From assembly GCA_002773535.1 (NCBI GenBank), contig PFAZ01000002.1, positions 2,285-66,284 on the forward strand: DNA of 64,000 bases. Direction: 5' to 3'. Under the pieces are notes generated by a model. The model did not search any database, had not been told where the DNA came from, and saw nothing but the letters and a program-made list of their open reading frames with translations. How positions within the stretch are numbered: the stretch's first letter is position 1; every line of letters starts with the position of its first letter. Position numbers and translations under genes: made by a program. This document shows positions 39,480 through 48,372 of the stretch, one piece after another. Origin of the DNA: Candidatus Harrisonbacteria bacterium CG10_big_fil_rev_8_21_14_0_10_40_38. GTDB taxonomy: Bacteria > Patescibacteriota > Minisyncoccia > UBA6257 > 1-14-0-10-40-38.

Positions 39480-40208
39480 CAATAAATTATTATTTACCCA
39501 CCATTACTGATGGTTTGGACTATACCACCACCCCGCACATCGCGGGGGACCGACGTATTAACCGATCTTTAAAGATCGATTCCGTCCCAAATTTATGGAA
39601 CAAGTCTCTAAGGGGTCAATGTACGACGTTTTCGTTTTTTCGAATAATTAAGATCTCTGAAATTATCAACTAACTCTGCCAAGACAAGAAAATCAGATTC
39701 CGTCTTAACTTCATCTTTTTTAGTTAAAATAAGTTTCATAAGCTCAACTTGCTTCTTCTTAAGAAGAACATATGGCTCTATTGCTTCCAAAAGTGTTAAT
39801 ACATCCTGTCTTTTACCGATTATATACTCCAAAATTTCATCTTTTCTTTCTCGTATATATCCCAAACCAACAAGATTGCACACTTTCTCAAAATTTTCCC
39901 GACATTTTGATGATTGAAAAAATACTATGTAAGGCGAAATTTGAAACCCAAATTTATATGATGAATTTGGTTTCATTTGAACATAGATACTTCCATCACC
40001 AACGAGAAAACCAGCAATATATGCCTTTTGATTTGACGAAAAAACCATACACGACTTCCCTCGGTATTATCCTAACATATGACAGGTTAATCAATAAATT
40101 GTTAGGACTTCACCGATATGAGTCAGTTTTTTCCATAGAAAATTGCTTTTCTAGGCCGCCGTGTTCGATTGTCTTTTGCCTTTTTAGGCAAAAAGGGTTC
40201 ATTTTTTG
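39480..40208 (-). mobile_element. Group I intron 2 in the 23S, at the I-CreI / L2593 homing site
   Basis: Exon context ...GGGUUCAAACCGU | intron | CGUGAGACAGGUUGG matches the I-CreI target CAAAACGTC^GTGAGACAGTTTGG; the 5' exon ends in U and the intron ends in G. Confidence 0.8.
39608..40048 (-). CDS. Single-motif LAGLIDADG homing endonuclease (I-CreI-like, encoded in intron 2)
   Basis: 146 aa; AYIAGFLVGDGS motif. Confidence 0.85.
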   Translation of the reverse strand: MVFSSNQKAYIAGFLVGDGSIYVQMKPNSSYKFGFQISPYIVFFQSSKCRENFEKVCNLVGLGYIRERKDEILEYIIGKRQDVLTLLEAIEPYVLLKKKQVELMKLILTKKDEVKTESDFLVLAELVDNFRDLNYSKKRKRRTLTP

Positions 40209-41111
40209 ACGGTTTGAACCCAGCTCGCGTGCCCTTTTAAGTGGCGAACAGCCACACGCTTGGGAGCTTCTCCACCCCCGCGCTAGGGCGAGCCGACATC
40301 GAGGTGCCGAGCTTCGTCGTCGCTGTGGACGCTCGGACGAAACCAGCCTGTTATCCCCGGAGTAACTTTTAGCCGATGTCTTCGGCCTTTCTATAGAGAG
40401 CCGTCGGGTCACTAAGTTCTGCTTTCGCACCTGCTCGACTTGTAGGTCTCGCAGTTAAGCTGGCTTGTGCCTTTACACGTCAAGCGCGATTTCCATCCGC
40501 GCTAAGCCAACCTTAATAAACTCCTCCGCTACCTTTTAGGAGGAAAACGCCCCATTTAAACTGCCCGGCAGGCACTGTCCCTCATGGTTTTTGCCCATGG
40601 GGTTAGACGTTAAAATACAAAAGATGGGTGTTTCATTGGCGACTCCACGTCACCCGAAAGCGACGCTTCAAAGTCTCCCCACTACGCTACGCAAGTGCAT
40701 CCTAAAGCCAATACCAACCTACAGTAAAGCTTCCGGGGTCTTTTCGTCTTGCTGCAGGTACCCCGCGTCTTCACGGGGATCGCATTTTCACCGAGCTCTT
40801 CGCTGAGACAGTTCCCCAGTCGTTACGCCATTCGTGCGCTTCGGAACTTACCCGAAAAGGAATTGCGCTACCTTTGGACGGTTATAGTTACCGCCGACAT
40901 TGACGAGGGCTTCGGGCAGTGGGCAGAACGTATTGCTACATAACACCCCCACCGTTAACCTTCTCGCATCGGTCAGGCGTCACCCCCTATACATAGACTT
41001 ACGTCTTCGCAGGGAGCTGTGTTTTTGATAAACAGTCGCCAGGGATACTTTCGCTGCGGCCTCATCGAAACTGGAAGAAGGAGCGGAACCTCTGTTCCGC
41101 AAAGTTTTTTT

Positions 41112-41190
41112 TGGTAGAGGCGGAAGGACTTGAACCTCCAACCTTCTCGCCTTTAGCGAGACGCTCTAGTCTTTTTTGAGCTACGCCCCT
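41112..41190 (-). ncRNA. tRNA-like element A inside the 23S insertion (anticodon-loop CUAAAGG, encoded CCA)
   Basis: AGGGGCG-TA-GCTC-AAAAAAGACTA-GAGC-G-TCTCG-CTAAAGG-CGAGA-AGGTT-GGAGG-TTCAAGT-CCTTC-CGCCTCT-A-CCA. All four stems pair; the D-loop lacks G18G19; position 34 is A. Confidence 0.5.
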
Positions 41191-41216
41191 ACATAAAAAC
41201 TACAAAATGAAGTAAA

Positions 41217-41291
41217 TGGAGCTGACTGGAGGACTTGAACCTCCACACATGGGGGTTATATCCCAATGCGCTACCATTGAGCTAAGCCAGC
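41217..41291 (-). ncRNA. tRNA-like element B inside the 23S insertion (anticodon-loop AUAUAAC, encoded CCA)
   Basis: GCTGGCT-TA-GCTC-AATGGTA-GCGC-A-TTGGG-ATATAAC-CCCCA-TGTGT-GGAGG-TTCAAGT-CCTCC-AGTCAGC-T-CCA. The T-arm is identical to element A. Confidence 0.5.
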
Positions 41292-42424
41292 TCATTTTTC
41301 CTTCTTCCAGTCCCGATAAGGCAGGCCTTATTGCTAACGTACGGCCGCTTTTTTGCCGAGTTCCTTAGCGAAGAATCACTCGTTCCCCTTGGGCTTCTCG
41401 CCCTATCCACCAGTGTCGGTTTACGGTACGATGCCGAACATACTAACCTTAGAAGCTTTTCTCGGAAGGCTCTTCAGTTTAATTGATTAGGTAAGAACCT
41501 AATCTTTCCTCAATGCGCGAAATTTGCCATTAAAGGCAGACAGCGGGATTTTCCTCACTGCCAAGTCTTAACACAAAGGACGCCAAACCATTAAGACGAT
41601 AAACCTTTTGTCCTCCGTCCCTCCATCGAATATGTCCGGCGGGCAGGAATATTAACCTGCTTCCCATCGCGTTCAGCTTTCGCCATCCGCTTAGGATCGC
41701 CTAACCCGTGGATGATTGCCATTGCCACGGAAACCTTGGATTTTCGGGGTGCCCGTTTCTCACGGACAGTGTGGTTACTCATACCAACATTCTCACCTCC
41801 CAGCGTTCCAGTTGCCCTCGCGGGTCAACCTTCAACACACTAGGAGCGCTCTCCTACCGCTCATGAATTCCACCAAAGAGACATAAATCTCCTCAGTGGA
41901 ATTCACGAACCCGCACCTTCGGTGGCGTGCTTAAGCCCCGATACATTTTCGGCGCCACCAACCGTCGAATAGTGAGTTGTTACACACTCTTTAAAGGGTG
42001 GCTACCTCTAAGCCAACCTCCTATCTGTCACTGGTTGATGACTACCTTTAACACTGAGCACGCACTTAGGGACCTTAGATAGCGGTCTGGGCTGTTCCCC
42101 TCGCGAACATGGAGCTTAGCCCCCACGTTCTAACTACTATTCATCCGTTATGGTATTCGGAGTTTGATCGAACAGTCGAGCTTGCGCCCATTACTGCTCA
42201 TCCAGTGCTCTACCCCCATATCGTTTTTAAATAGCGCTAGCCCTAAAGCTATTTCGGAGAGAACCAGCTATTACCAGGCTCGATTAGCTTTTCACTTCTT
42301 ACCCCAGATCATCCGAGGGTGTTGCACAACCCACCGGTTCGGACCTCCCCCCACTGTTACGTGGGGTTCATCCTGTCCAGGGCAAGCTCGCACTGGCTTC
42401 GGGTCTTACACATGCTGCTTACTA

Positions 42425-42477
42425 CCTATGACTTACGACGTACGGCAAATAAATTGCGCGTAAATCGTAAGTCAAAG
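42425..42477 (-). other. Extended hairpin at the 23S helix-25 position (IVS-like expansion)
   Basis: A 10-bp inverted repeat TGACTTACGA / TCGTAAGTCA enclosing ~28 nt, at the equivalent of E. coli ~nt 545, a known IVS hotspot. Confidence 0.35.
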
Positions 42478-42669
42478 TAGGAATCGCCCTTTTAAGACTC
42501 GCTTTCGCTACGCCTTCTCCCGCTAAGCGGGATTAAACATTGCAACATATATAAACTCGTTGGTTCATTCTTCAATAGGCACCGCGTTACCCGATCCCGC
42601 ATTGCTGCGGGACCCGAGCTTCGCGTCTTTGTAAGCGTATGGTTTCAGATTCTATTTCATCCCCCTTCC

Positions 42670-42712
<43 letters not shown>

Positions 42713-43354
42713 ATCACGAAATGTATTTAGCCTTACCGGATAGTACCGGCAGATTCCTTCAAGGTTGTTTTGCCTCGAAGTACTCAAGAACGAAGAAATT
42801 GGTCGCTACAGCTTTCGCGTACAGGGCTGTCACCTTCTCTGGCCTCGCATTCCAACGAGTTCCACTAGCTGAGCAATTTGTAACCAATCATAGCGACAAG
42901 CGACATAAGACAAACAACAAGAAAATACTTGTCGCAGTTCACATGTCGCATATCGCTAAATTTTCCTCGCCTTACAACCCCCATCAATCTTTCGATAAAT
43001 AGGTTTGGGCTCTTCCCGTTTGGCTCGCCGCTACTCAGGGAATAAACGTTTGTTCTCTTTTCCTCTGCTTACTGAGATGTTTCACTTCAGCAGGTGTACC
43101 TTCTACATTGCTGTAGAATCATGTCGGTTTACGACACGGGGTTTCCCCATTCGGAAATCTTCGGATCAAAGGTCGCTAAGCACCTCCCCGAAGCTTATCG
43201 CAGCCACGCCACGTCCTTCATCGCCATTTCGTGTCAAGGCATCCACCATACGCCCTTACGAGATCAATAACCACATTGTTCTTCATAACGGGAAACGTAT
43301 AAATGCTTTTTTGTACCTGTTACTAATTTGATTCAGATATTCATTTTTAAAAGC

Positions 43355-43372
43355 GCAATCATCCAAATCACA
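43355..43372 (-). promoter_or_regulatory. boxA-like antitermination element in the 23S leader
   Basis: The minus strand reads GCGCUUUUAAAAAU; compare E. coli boxA UGCUCUUUAACAAU. It is preceded by the hairpin CCGCUCCGAAGCGG plus a U-run at 43431-43452 (boxB-like or an attenuator). Confidence 0.3.
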
Positions 43373-43534
43373 TTCGTCTTCGCTTCCGGCCATAAACAGC
43401 AAATTATTGCGGAAAATGGTCGAAAACCAAGAGATTAAAAAAACCGCTTCGGAGCGGCTACACTCAAGGTGCAAAAAAACCAGGAATTAGCCACACCGTT
43501 GAAATTGAAAATATATATTCATCACGTACAAATA

Positions 43535-43562
43535 AGTATACGCACCCCAAAACTACTGTCAA
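43535..43562 (-). promoter_or_regulatory. Candidate sigma-70 promoter for the 23S-5S transcript
   Basis: The minus strand reads TTGACA - 16 nt - TATACT, ~230 nt upstream of the 23S 5' end. Confidence 0.45.
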
Positions 43563-43594
43563 GCGGTAATACCTATACCTTTATATATAAGAAA

Positions 43595-43614
43595 ACCGCC
43601 CTGTATAATCAGGG
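43595..43614 (-). terminator. Terminator hairpin after the upstream membrane-protein gene
   Basis: CGCCCTG-TATAAT-CAGGGCG, a perfect 7-bp inverted repeat ~30 nt past the stop of 43642..44328; followed on the minus strand by GTTTTCTT. Confidence 0.45.
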
Positions 43615-43641
43615 CGATTTCTTTAAAAAAACCAGTGTTTT

Positions 43642-44328
43642 TTATTTGTGATGAGTCATCTCATCTCTTATCTTAGAAAGCCACTGATGAGCATGATCTT
43701 TCCCTCCAAGACCGAAAGCCAATCCCCCAGCCAAAGCAAGCATAGCGACAAGTCCGGTGATAAGAGTATTAATCACCTGAACCGCAACGCCAAGCTGAAC
43801 CAATGCGGCTAAAAATCCAAATACCACAATACCCCACCATGCGATCATGGATAGAGATTTTGCAGCATGAAGTTTTGCACCCATTACAGAAGCGCGCACT
43901 AAACCTTTTACAAAGTTTGCAGCAACCAATGCAACAAGAAGAATGAGAGATGCAACAATTACCCTAGGAATATAATGCAAGACTTCTCGAAGGAAAGCTG
44001 ACAAATCTGAAAGGCCTAAAACGTTTGAAGCCGCAAGGAATGTAAGAACTAAGAAAAACCAGTAAACCAGTCTTCCCAAAAACACTCCCGCATTAAGCCT
44101 CATATTGCTTCTTGCCAGAAAACCATCAAAGCCAGTCTGCCTAAGAAGAGAATCTACTTTAAGGTAATAAACTAGTCTTTCCACCAATCGCTCCAAGCCA
44201 GATGCTACAATGAGTCCAATTATAAGAAGTATAATTGCGCCAATAAGATCAGGAAGAAAACCAGCTACTTGTAAAAGTAATTCCTGAAAAGAACCGACGA
44301 ATGCGTCAATCCATGTTTGAACTGTCAT
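43642..44328 (-). CDS. Membrane protein with repeated conserved-TM-helix modules (MscS-associated TM_helix-like)
   Basis: 228 aa; repeated helices such as LLQVAGFLPDLIGAIILLIIGLIVA. The family assignment is tentative. Confidence 0.4.
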   Translation of the reverse strand: MTVQTWIDAFVGSFQELLLQVAGFLPDLIGAIILLIIGLIVASGLERLVERLVYYLKVDSLLRQTGFDGFLARSNMRLNAGVFLGRLVYWFFLVLTFLAASNVLGLSDLSAFLREVLHYIPRVIVASLILLVALVAANFVKGLVRASVMGAKLHAAKSLSMIAWWGIVVFGFLAALVQLGVAVQVINTLITGLVAMLALAGGLAFGLGGKDHAHQWLSKIRDEMTHHK

Positions 44329-44436
44329 TTATTTGTAAACAAATCTAAATTTTGAACTCGACCTTGCAATACATAAGTAGAGAGCATTTACTAATAAGTA
44401 TAGCAACTTACATATAGCTCGTGTGGATAACTAAAC

Positions 44437-44640
44437 ATGAAAGACAAAATAGAAAACCAAGTTTTAGATTTCCGAAACAAAAAAGGGATAACCCAAGAAG
44501 AACTCGCTGAAGCAGTCGGGGTAACAAGGCAAACTATAATAGCTATAGAAAAAGGAAATTACTCCCCTTCAATATTACTCGCCCTTAAAATTGCAAAATT
44601 TTTTAATGAACCAGTCGAAAAAATTTTTTATCTAGAATAA
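44437..44640 (+). CDS. XRE-family helix-turn-helix transcriptional regulator (small Cro/CI-type)
   Basis: 67 aa; ...GITQEELAEAVGVTRQTIIAIEKG... Confidence 0.8.
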   Translation: MKDKIENQVLDFRNKKGITQEELAEAVGVTRQTIIAIEKGNYSPSILLALKIAKFFNEPVEKIFYLE

Positions 44641-45005
44641 TGAAAAAAACTTTATTACAAGAAATCGGACTCGCAATAATCGTTATAGCTCTTGGCGTGC
44701 TTCTTATTAATCCGTCTGGCTCATGGATGCCAGAAAAAGGAGTCATGGTAGCCTCGCTATCACTTATCATTACATTTGGATTATTCGGCACATTTATTTG
44801 GCGCGAAAGAGCGAGAGATGAACGCGAAAACATGCACCGTCTGATTGCCGGAAGAATTGCGTTTCTTTCAGGCGCAGGAGTTTTAGTGCTTGGAATTACA
44901 GTTGAAAGTATTAGCAAAACCGTTGATCCATGGCTAGTCGCAAGCCTTACAGCTACAATACTCGGAAAAATAATTGCCTCTGTATATCTAAGAGAAAAAA
45001 AGTGA
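44640..45005 (+). CDS. Small integral membrane protein, translationally coupled to the XRE regulator
   Basis: 121 aa; 3-4 TM helices; the start overlaps the upstream stop (TAATG). Confidence 0.5.
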   Translation: MKKTLLQEIGLAIIVIALGVLLINPSGSWMPEKGVMVASLSLIITFGLFGTFIWRERARDERENMHRLIAGRIAFLSGAGVLVLGITVESISKTVDPWLVASLTATILGKIIASVYLREKK

Positions 45006-45026
45006 TTTATTAACATTTTTAATGTA

Positions 45027-45063
45027 AAGTATACTTGACATTAAAAACACATAGCCGATACTA
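45027..45063 (+). promoter_or_regulatory. Candidate promoter with an overlapping 10-bp perfect palindrome (operator-like)
   Basis: AAGTATACTT palindrome at 45027-45036 overlaps the -35 TTGACA (45035-45040); a -10-like GATACT/TACTAA lies ~17-18 nt downstream; it is upstream of the thioredoxin gene. Confidence 0.35.
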
Positions 45064-45093
45064 AAAAAGTCGTACAATTTTTCAAAAACTTTT

Positions 45094-45672
45094 ATGAACT
45101 CAAAAAGATATTTATTAGGAGCTGTCATTCTAGTCGTTGTTGTAGTCGCAATTTACGGAATTTCAAATACAAAAAAACCGGAGGGAAGCAATGAACCAAA
45201 TAAAGAAGATACTGTGATGGATGAAATGAATGACTTGAAAAACCTGGACGAGATGATGGATGGAGAAAACATGATGGACGACACCATGCATGACGCAATG
45301 GAATATAAAGGAAGTATTTTATCCGGAAAAAATTCACCCCTTCTCGATTTCACAAGCTCCGACTACGAAGCGGCGGAAAAAACCGACAAGCTTATAGTTC
45401 TTTATTTCTATGCAAATTGGTGCCCAATCTGCAAAGCAGAATTCCCGCTCATGCAAGAAGCATTTAACGAACTCAAAGGCAATGACGTTATAGGTTTTAG
45501 GGTAAATTACAACGACAGCGACACTGATAAATATGAAGAAAATCTTGCCAGAGAATTTGGCGTCGCCTATCAACACACAAAGGTATTTCTCAAAAATGGA
45601 GAACGCATCCTAAAAGCGCCTGACGGTTGGGACAAAAACCGCTACATCACAGAAATTAACAAAGCGTTATAA
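45094..45672 (+). CDS. Membrane-anchored thioredoxin-like protein (TlpA/ResA-like, CPIC active site) with a Met/Asp-rich N-terminal segment
   Basis: 192 aa; ...LYFYANWCPICKAEFPLM...; the N-terminal region is DTVMDEMNDLKNLDEMMDGENMMDDTMHDAMEY. Confidence 0.8.
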   Translation: MNSKRYLLGAVILVVVVVAIYGISNTKKPEGSNEPNKEDTVMDEMNDLKNLDEMMDGENMMDDTMHDAMEYKGSILSGKNSPLLDFTSSDYEAAEKTDKLIVLYFYANWCPICKAEFPLMQEAFNELKGNDVIGFRVNYNDSDTDKYEENLAREFGVAYQHTKVFLKNGERILKAPDGWDKNRYITEINKAL

Positions 45673-45726
45673 AAAACACATCCCATTTCCATTTAACATG
45701 TCACATTTCCCATTTTACAAACACAT

Positions 45727-46431
45727 ATGACAACAATTCCTCTTACAGTAGCGTTTTTAGCAGGACTGGTTTCATTTTTAGCCCCATGCGTTCTACCAAT
45801 CATTCCGGGCTTCCTCGCCTACTTAGCCGGATCTTCAATCGGAGACTCGAGAAAAAATCGTCTAGAAATATTTTTAAATAGCATCTTTTTTGTTCTTGGC
45901 TTCTCTACTGTGTTTGCAGCGCTTGGAGTGTTACTAAACACACTTTTAGAAGCAGTTGCATACGATACGCAAAGTTGGCTCGCCAGAATCGGCGGAGCAT
46001 TAATAATATTTTTTGGACTATATCTTATCGGTCTCATTAAGCTCCCATTTCTTGAGCGTGAACATAAATTCAAAGTCATCCCGGTAAAATCCAGATACAT
46101 CACATCCTTCCTATTCGGCGCCGCTTTCGCAGCAGGCTGGACACCGTGTGTAGGAGCCGCCCTCGGAGCGATCTTAGGTCTCGCCGCAAGTCATCCGGGT
46201 CTCGCATTTGCGCTCCTACTCTCCTATTCTCTTGGGCTCGGGGTTCCATTCCTTATAGTTGGGCTTTTCGCCGCACAAACTTCAAACATAATAAATAAAT
46301 ACGCCGGAGCATTTAGGTATATCAATATAATTTTTGGTGTCATTTTGATCGGGCTCGGTATTCTCATATTCACGCAAAAGCTTAGCCTCATCGCAAACTT
46401 CGAATTTCTAAACAACATTCTCCTAAAATGA
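45727..46431 (+). CDS. ccdA: CcdA/DsbD-family transmembrane thiol-disulfide electron transporter
   Basis: 234 aa, 6 TM; FLAPCVLPIIPGFLAY and a second Cys in WTPCVGAALGAIL. Confidence 0.85.
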   Translation: MTTIPLTVAFLAGLVSFLAPCVLPIIPGFLAYLAGSSIGDSRKNRLEIFLNSIFFVLGFSTVFAALGVLLNTLLEAVAYDTQSWLARIGGALIIFFGLYLIGLIKLPFLEREHKFKVIPVKSRYITSFLFGAAFAAGWTPCVGAALGAILGLAASHPGLAFALLLSYSLGLGVPFLIVGLFAAQTSNIINKYAGAFRYINIIFGVILIGLGILIFTQKLSLIANFEFLNNILLK

Positions 46432-47510
46432 AGAAAAACATAAAACTGATCATCGCCATACTATTTGTGGCAGGTATTATATGGTTTATTGAGTCAAAGA
46501 CAGTAAACCCAAATCAAGGTATTGAAAAAAACTCAAACATCACCGTCACAAGCCGCAAAACAGCAGAAGAAAAAGAATCGAAATATGAACACGCAAAAGA
46601 AATTGTAAACCCATCAGGGTTTATTAACACGGACGAAAATTTTACTATTCAAAATCTAATAGGGGAAAAAATTATTCTCGTAGACTTCTGGACATATAGC
46701 TGTATAAACTGTCAGCGCACACTTCCCTATCTCACTGCTTGGTATGACAAATACAAAGATCAGGGACTCGCAATTGTAGGCATCCACACACCTGAATTTG
46801 AATTCGAAAAAAAATATGAAAACGTAAAACAGGCAACCGAAAATTACGGCATAGATTACCCGGTAGTCTTAGACAACGACTATGCCACATGGCGCGCCTA
46901 CGAAAATCGCTATTGGCCAAGAAAATATCTTATTGATATAGATGGGTTCATAGTTTACGACCACATCGGTGAAGGCGCCTATGACGAAACAGAAGAAAAA
47001 ATCCAAGAACTCCTCTCTGAGAGAAAACTAGCGCTTGGTTCAAGTGAAAATATAAGCGGAGGAATAGTAGCGCCAAGCGACATGCCGGAGACAAATTTCG
47101 GAAAAATCAAAAGCCCTGAAACATATTTCGGTAGCGCAAGAAACTCAAATCTTGGAAACGGAAAATCCGGACAAGTAGGCATACAAACATTCGAAATACC
47201 AAGTTCATTATCACCAAATACTCTTTATCTAAAAGGAAAATGGGATATACAAAACGAATTTGCCCAAAATAAAGAATCCAGCGCAGAAATAATATTTCGC
47301 TACAGCTCAAAAGATGTCTATATGGTTGCCTCAGCAGATGAACTAATAACCATAAAAGTTTACAGAGACGACAAACTAATTAGTGACTCAATCACTATAA
47401 AAGAAGATAGGCTCTATAAACTAATCGAAGGAAACGATTACGAAGACCACACAATCCGGATAATCATAAACAAACCAAACTTAAAAGCATTTACTTTTAC
47501 ATTTGGTTAA
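46428..47510 (+). CDS. Redoxin/thioredoxin-fold protein (CxxC = CINC) with a ~200-aa C-terminal domain of unknown function
   Basis: 360 aa; ...LVDFWTYSCINCQRTLPYL...; N-terminal TM; ATGA overlap with ccdA. The architecture resembles the thioredoxin part of DipZ-type proteins. Confidence 0.75.
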   Translation: MKKNIKLIIAILFVAGIIWFIESKTVNPNQGIEKNSNITVTSRKTAEEKESKYEHAKEIVNPSGFINTDENFTIQNLIGEKIILVDFWTYSCINCQRTLPYLTAWYDKYKDQGLAIVGIHTPEFEFEKKYENVKQATENYGIDYPVVLDNDYATWRAYENRYWPRKYLIDIDGFIVYDHIGEGAYDETEEKIQELLSERKLALGSSENISGGIVAPSDMPETNFGKIKSPETYFGSARNSNLGNGKSGQVGIQTFEIPSSLSPNTLYLKGKWDIQNEFAQNKESSAEIIFRYSSKDVYMVASADELITIKVYRDDKLISDSITIKEDRLYKLIEGNDYEDHTIRIIINKPNLKAFTFTFG

Positions 47511-47518
47511 ACACTACA

Positions 47519-48334
47519 CTAATTAAGTGTGGCCTTCTTCCATCCATAATTTGAACCACTTGTTAAAACACAAACATAAATACCAGCAACATTAAGACCA
47601 GAATTAACATTGACCTTCATTTTCCCGGCATCAGCTTGAGAAGCACAAGCACCTGCTTCATTTGGAGCTCCGCTTAAACTACTATATGTAGGTAATTGTA
47701 AAAAATTATTAGTAGAAAGAGGAGTGCCAATCTGCATTAAACTACCAGAATTTGGATTATTATTTGCAATCCCAACAACTCCTTCAAAAATCGCCCCGTT
47801 AGAAGGAGCAGAAACACCAGCATATCCCGTTCCCACAACAACCCCAGCAGATCCAACTGACAAACCGCCAAACGTCCCAACACCCACAACATCAAGCGGT
47901 GTCGCAGGATTATTCGTGCCGACACCAACACTCCCCTCAACTATCATCCCACCTGTTGGCGCTGCTGTACCAATATATCCACTCCCCACCGACACACCGC
48001 TCCCCAACCTAACATCACCCTCAACAAGCACTCCATCCACAGGCGCTGCGGTTCCAGCATAACTACTCCCAACACTCATATTTCCAGTAACATCCAAAGT
48101 CGACGCAGGAGCTGAAGGCGCCCCAACATTAAGACCACCACCAGATATTAAGACGTTACCACTCGAATCCACCGAAACAGATCCACTGTCACCCGCAGGA
48201 GGAGAGCCAACCGGGTTTGTCCAACCAAAAACTATATTTGCTCCAAAAAACATTCCGAGCAAAACCAATGCACCCACAAAACCGCCCAAAAAACCTACGA
48301 CGAACGAATTTGATTTTATAATTTTCATATTCAA
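47519..48334 (-). CDS. Gly/Ala/Val-rich repeat protein, N-terminally membrane-anchored, with a C-terminal Cys pair
   Basis: 271 aa; ~24-aa repeats such as GSSYAGTAAPVDGVLVEGDVRLG / GSGYIGTAAPTGGMIVEGSVGVG / GTGYAGVSAPSNGAIFEGVVGIA; C-terminal ...AGACASQADAGKMKVNVNSGLNVAGIYVCVL. Confidence 0.5.
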   Translation of the reverse strand: MNMKIIKSNSFVVGFLGGFVGALVLLGMFFGANIVFGWTNPVGSPPAGDSGSVSVDSSGNVLISGGGLNVGAPSAPASTLDVTGNMSVGSSYAGTAAPVDGVLVEGDVRLGSGVSVGSGYIGTAAPTGGMIVEGSVGVGTNNPATPLDVVGVGTFGGLSVGSAGVVVGTGYAGVSAPSNGAIFEGVVGIANNNPNSGSLMQIGTPLSTNNFLQLPTYSSLSGAPNEAGACASQADAGKMKVNVNSGLNVAGIYVCVLTSGSNYGWKKATLN

Positions 48335-48372
48335 GATAAATTATACAAGATAAATCTATTTCAGTTATTCAC

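Larger units (their letters stand above)
41062..41311 (-). other. 224-nt insertion at the 23S helix-63 position, closed by a 13-bp perfect stem (ACUGGAAGAAGGA / UCCUUCUUCCAGU)
   Basis: Both flanks align to 23S domain IV. The insert holds two tRNA-like cloverleafs plus a GCGGAAC-AGAG-GUUCCGC hairpin. Confidence 0.6.

Noticed and set aside
41112-41291. Interpreting the two tRNA-like elements as ordinary tRNA-Ile/tRNA-Ala genes of a 16S-23S internal transcribed spacer
   Set aside because: Both flanks align to internal 23S domain IV sequence (the GGAACUCGGCAAAA block on one side, CUGUUUAUCAAAAACACAG on the other), not to a 16S 3' end or 23S 5' end. The true 23S 5' end is at ~43272 and there is no 16S in the window. 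The anticodon loops (AAA, AUA) do not match Ile/Ala.
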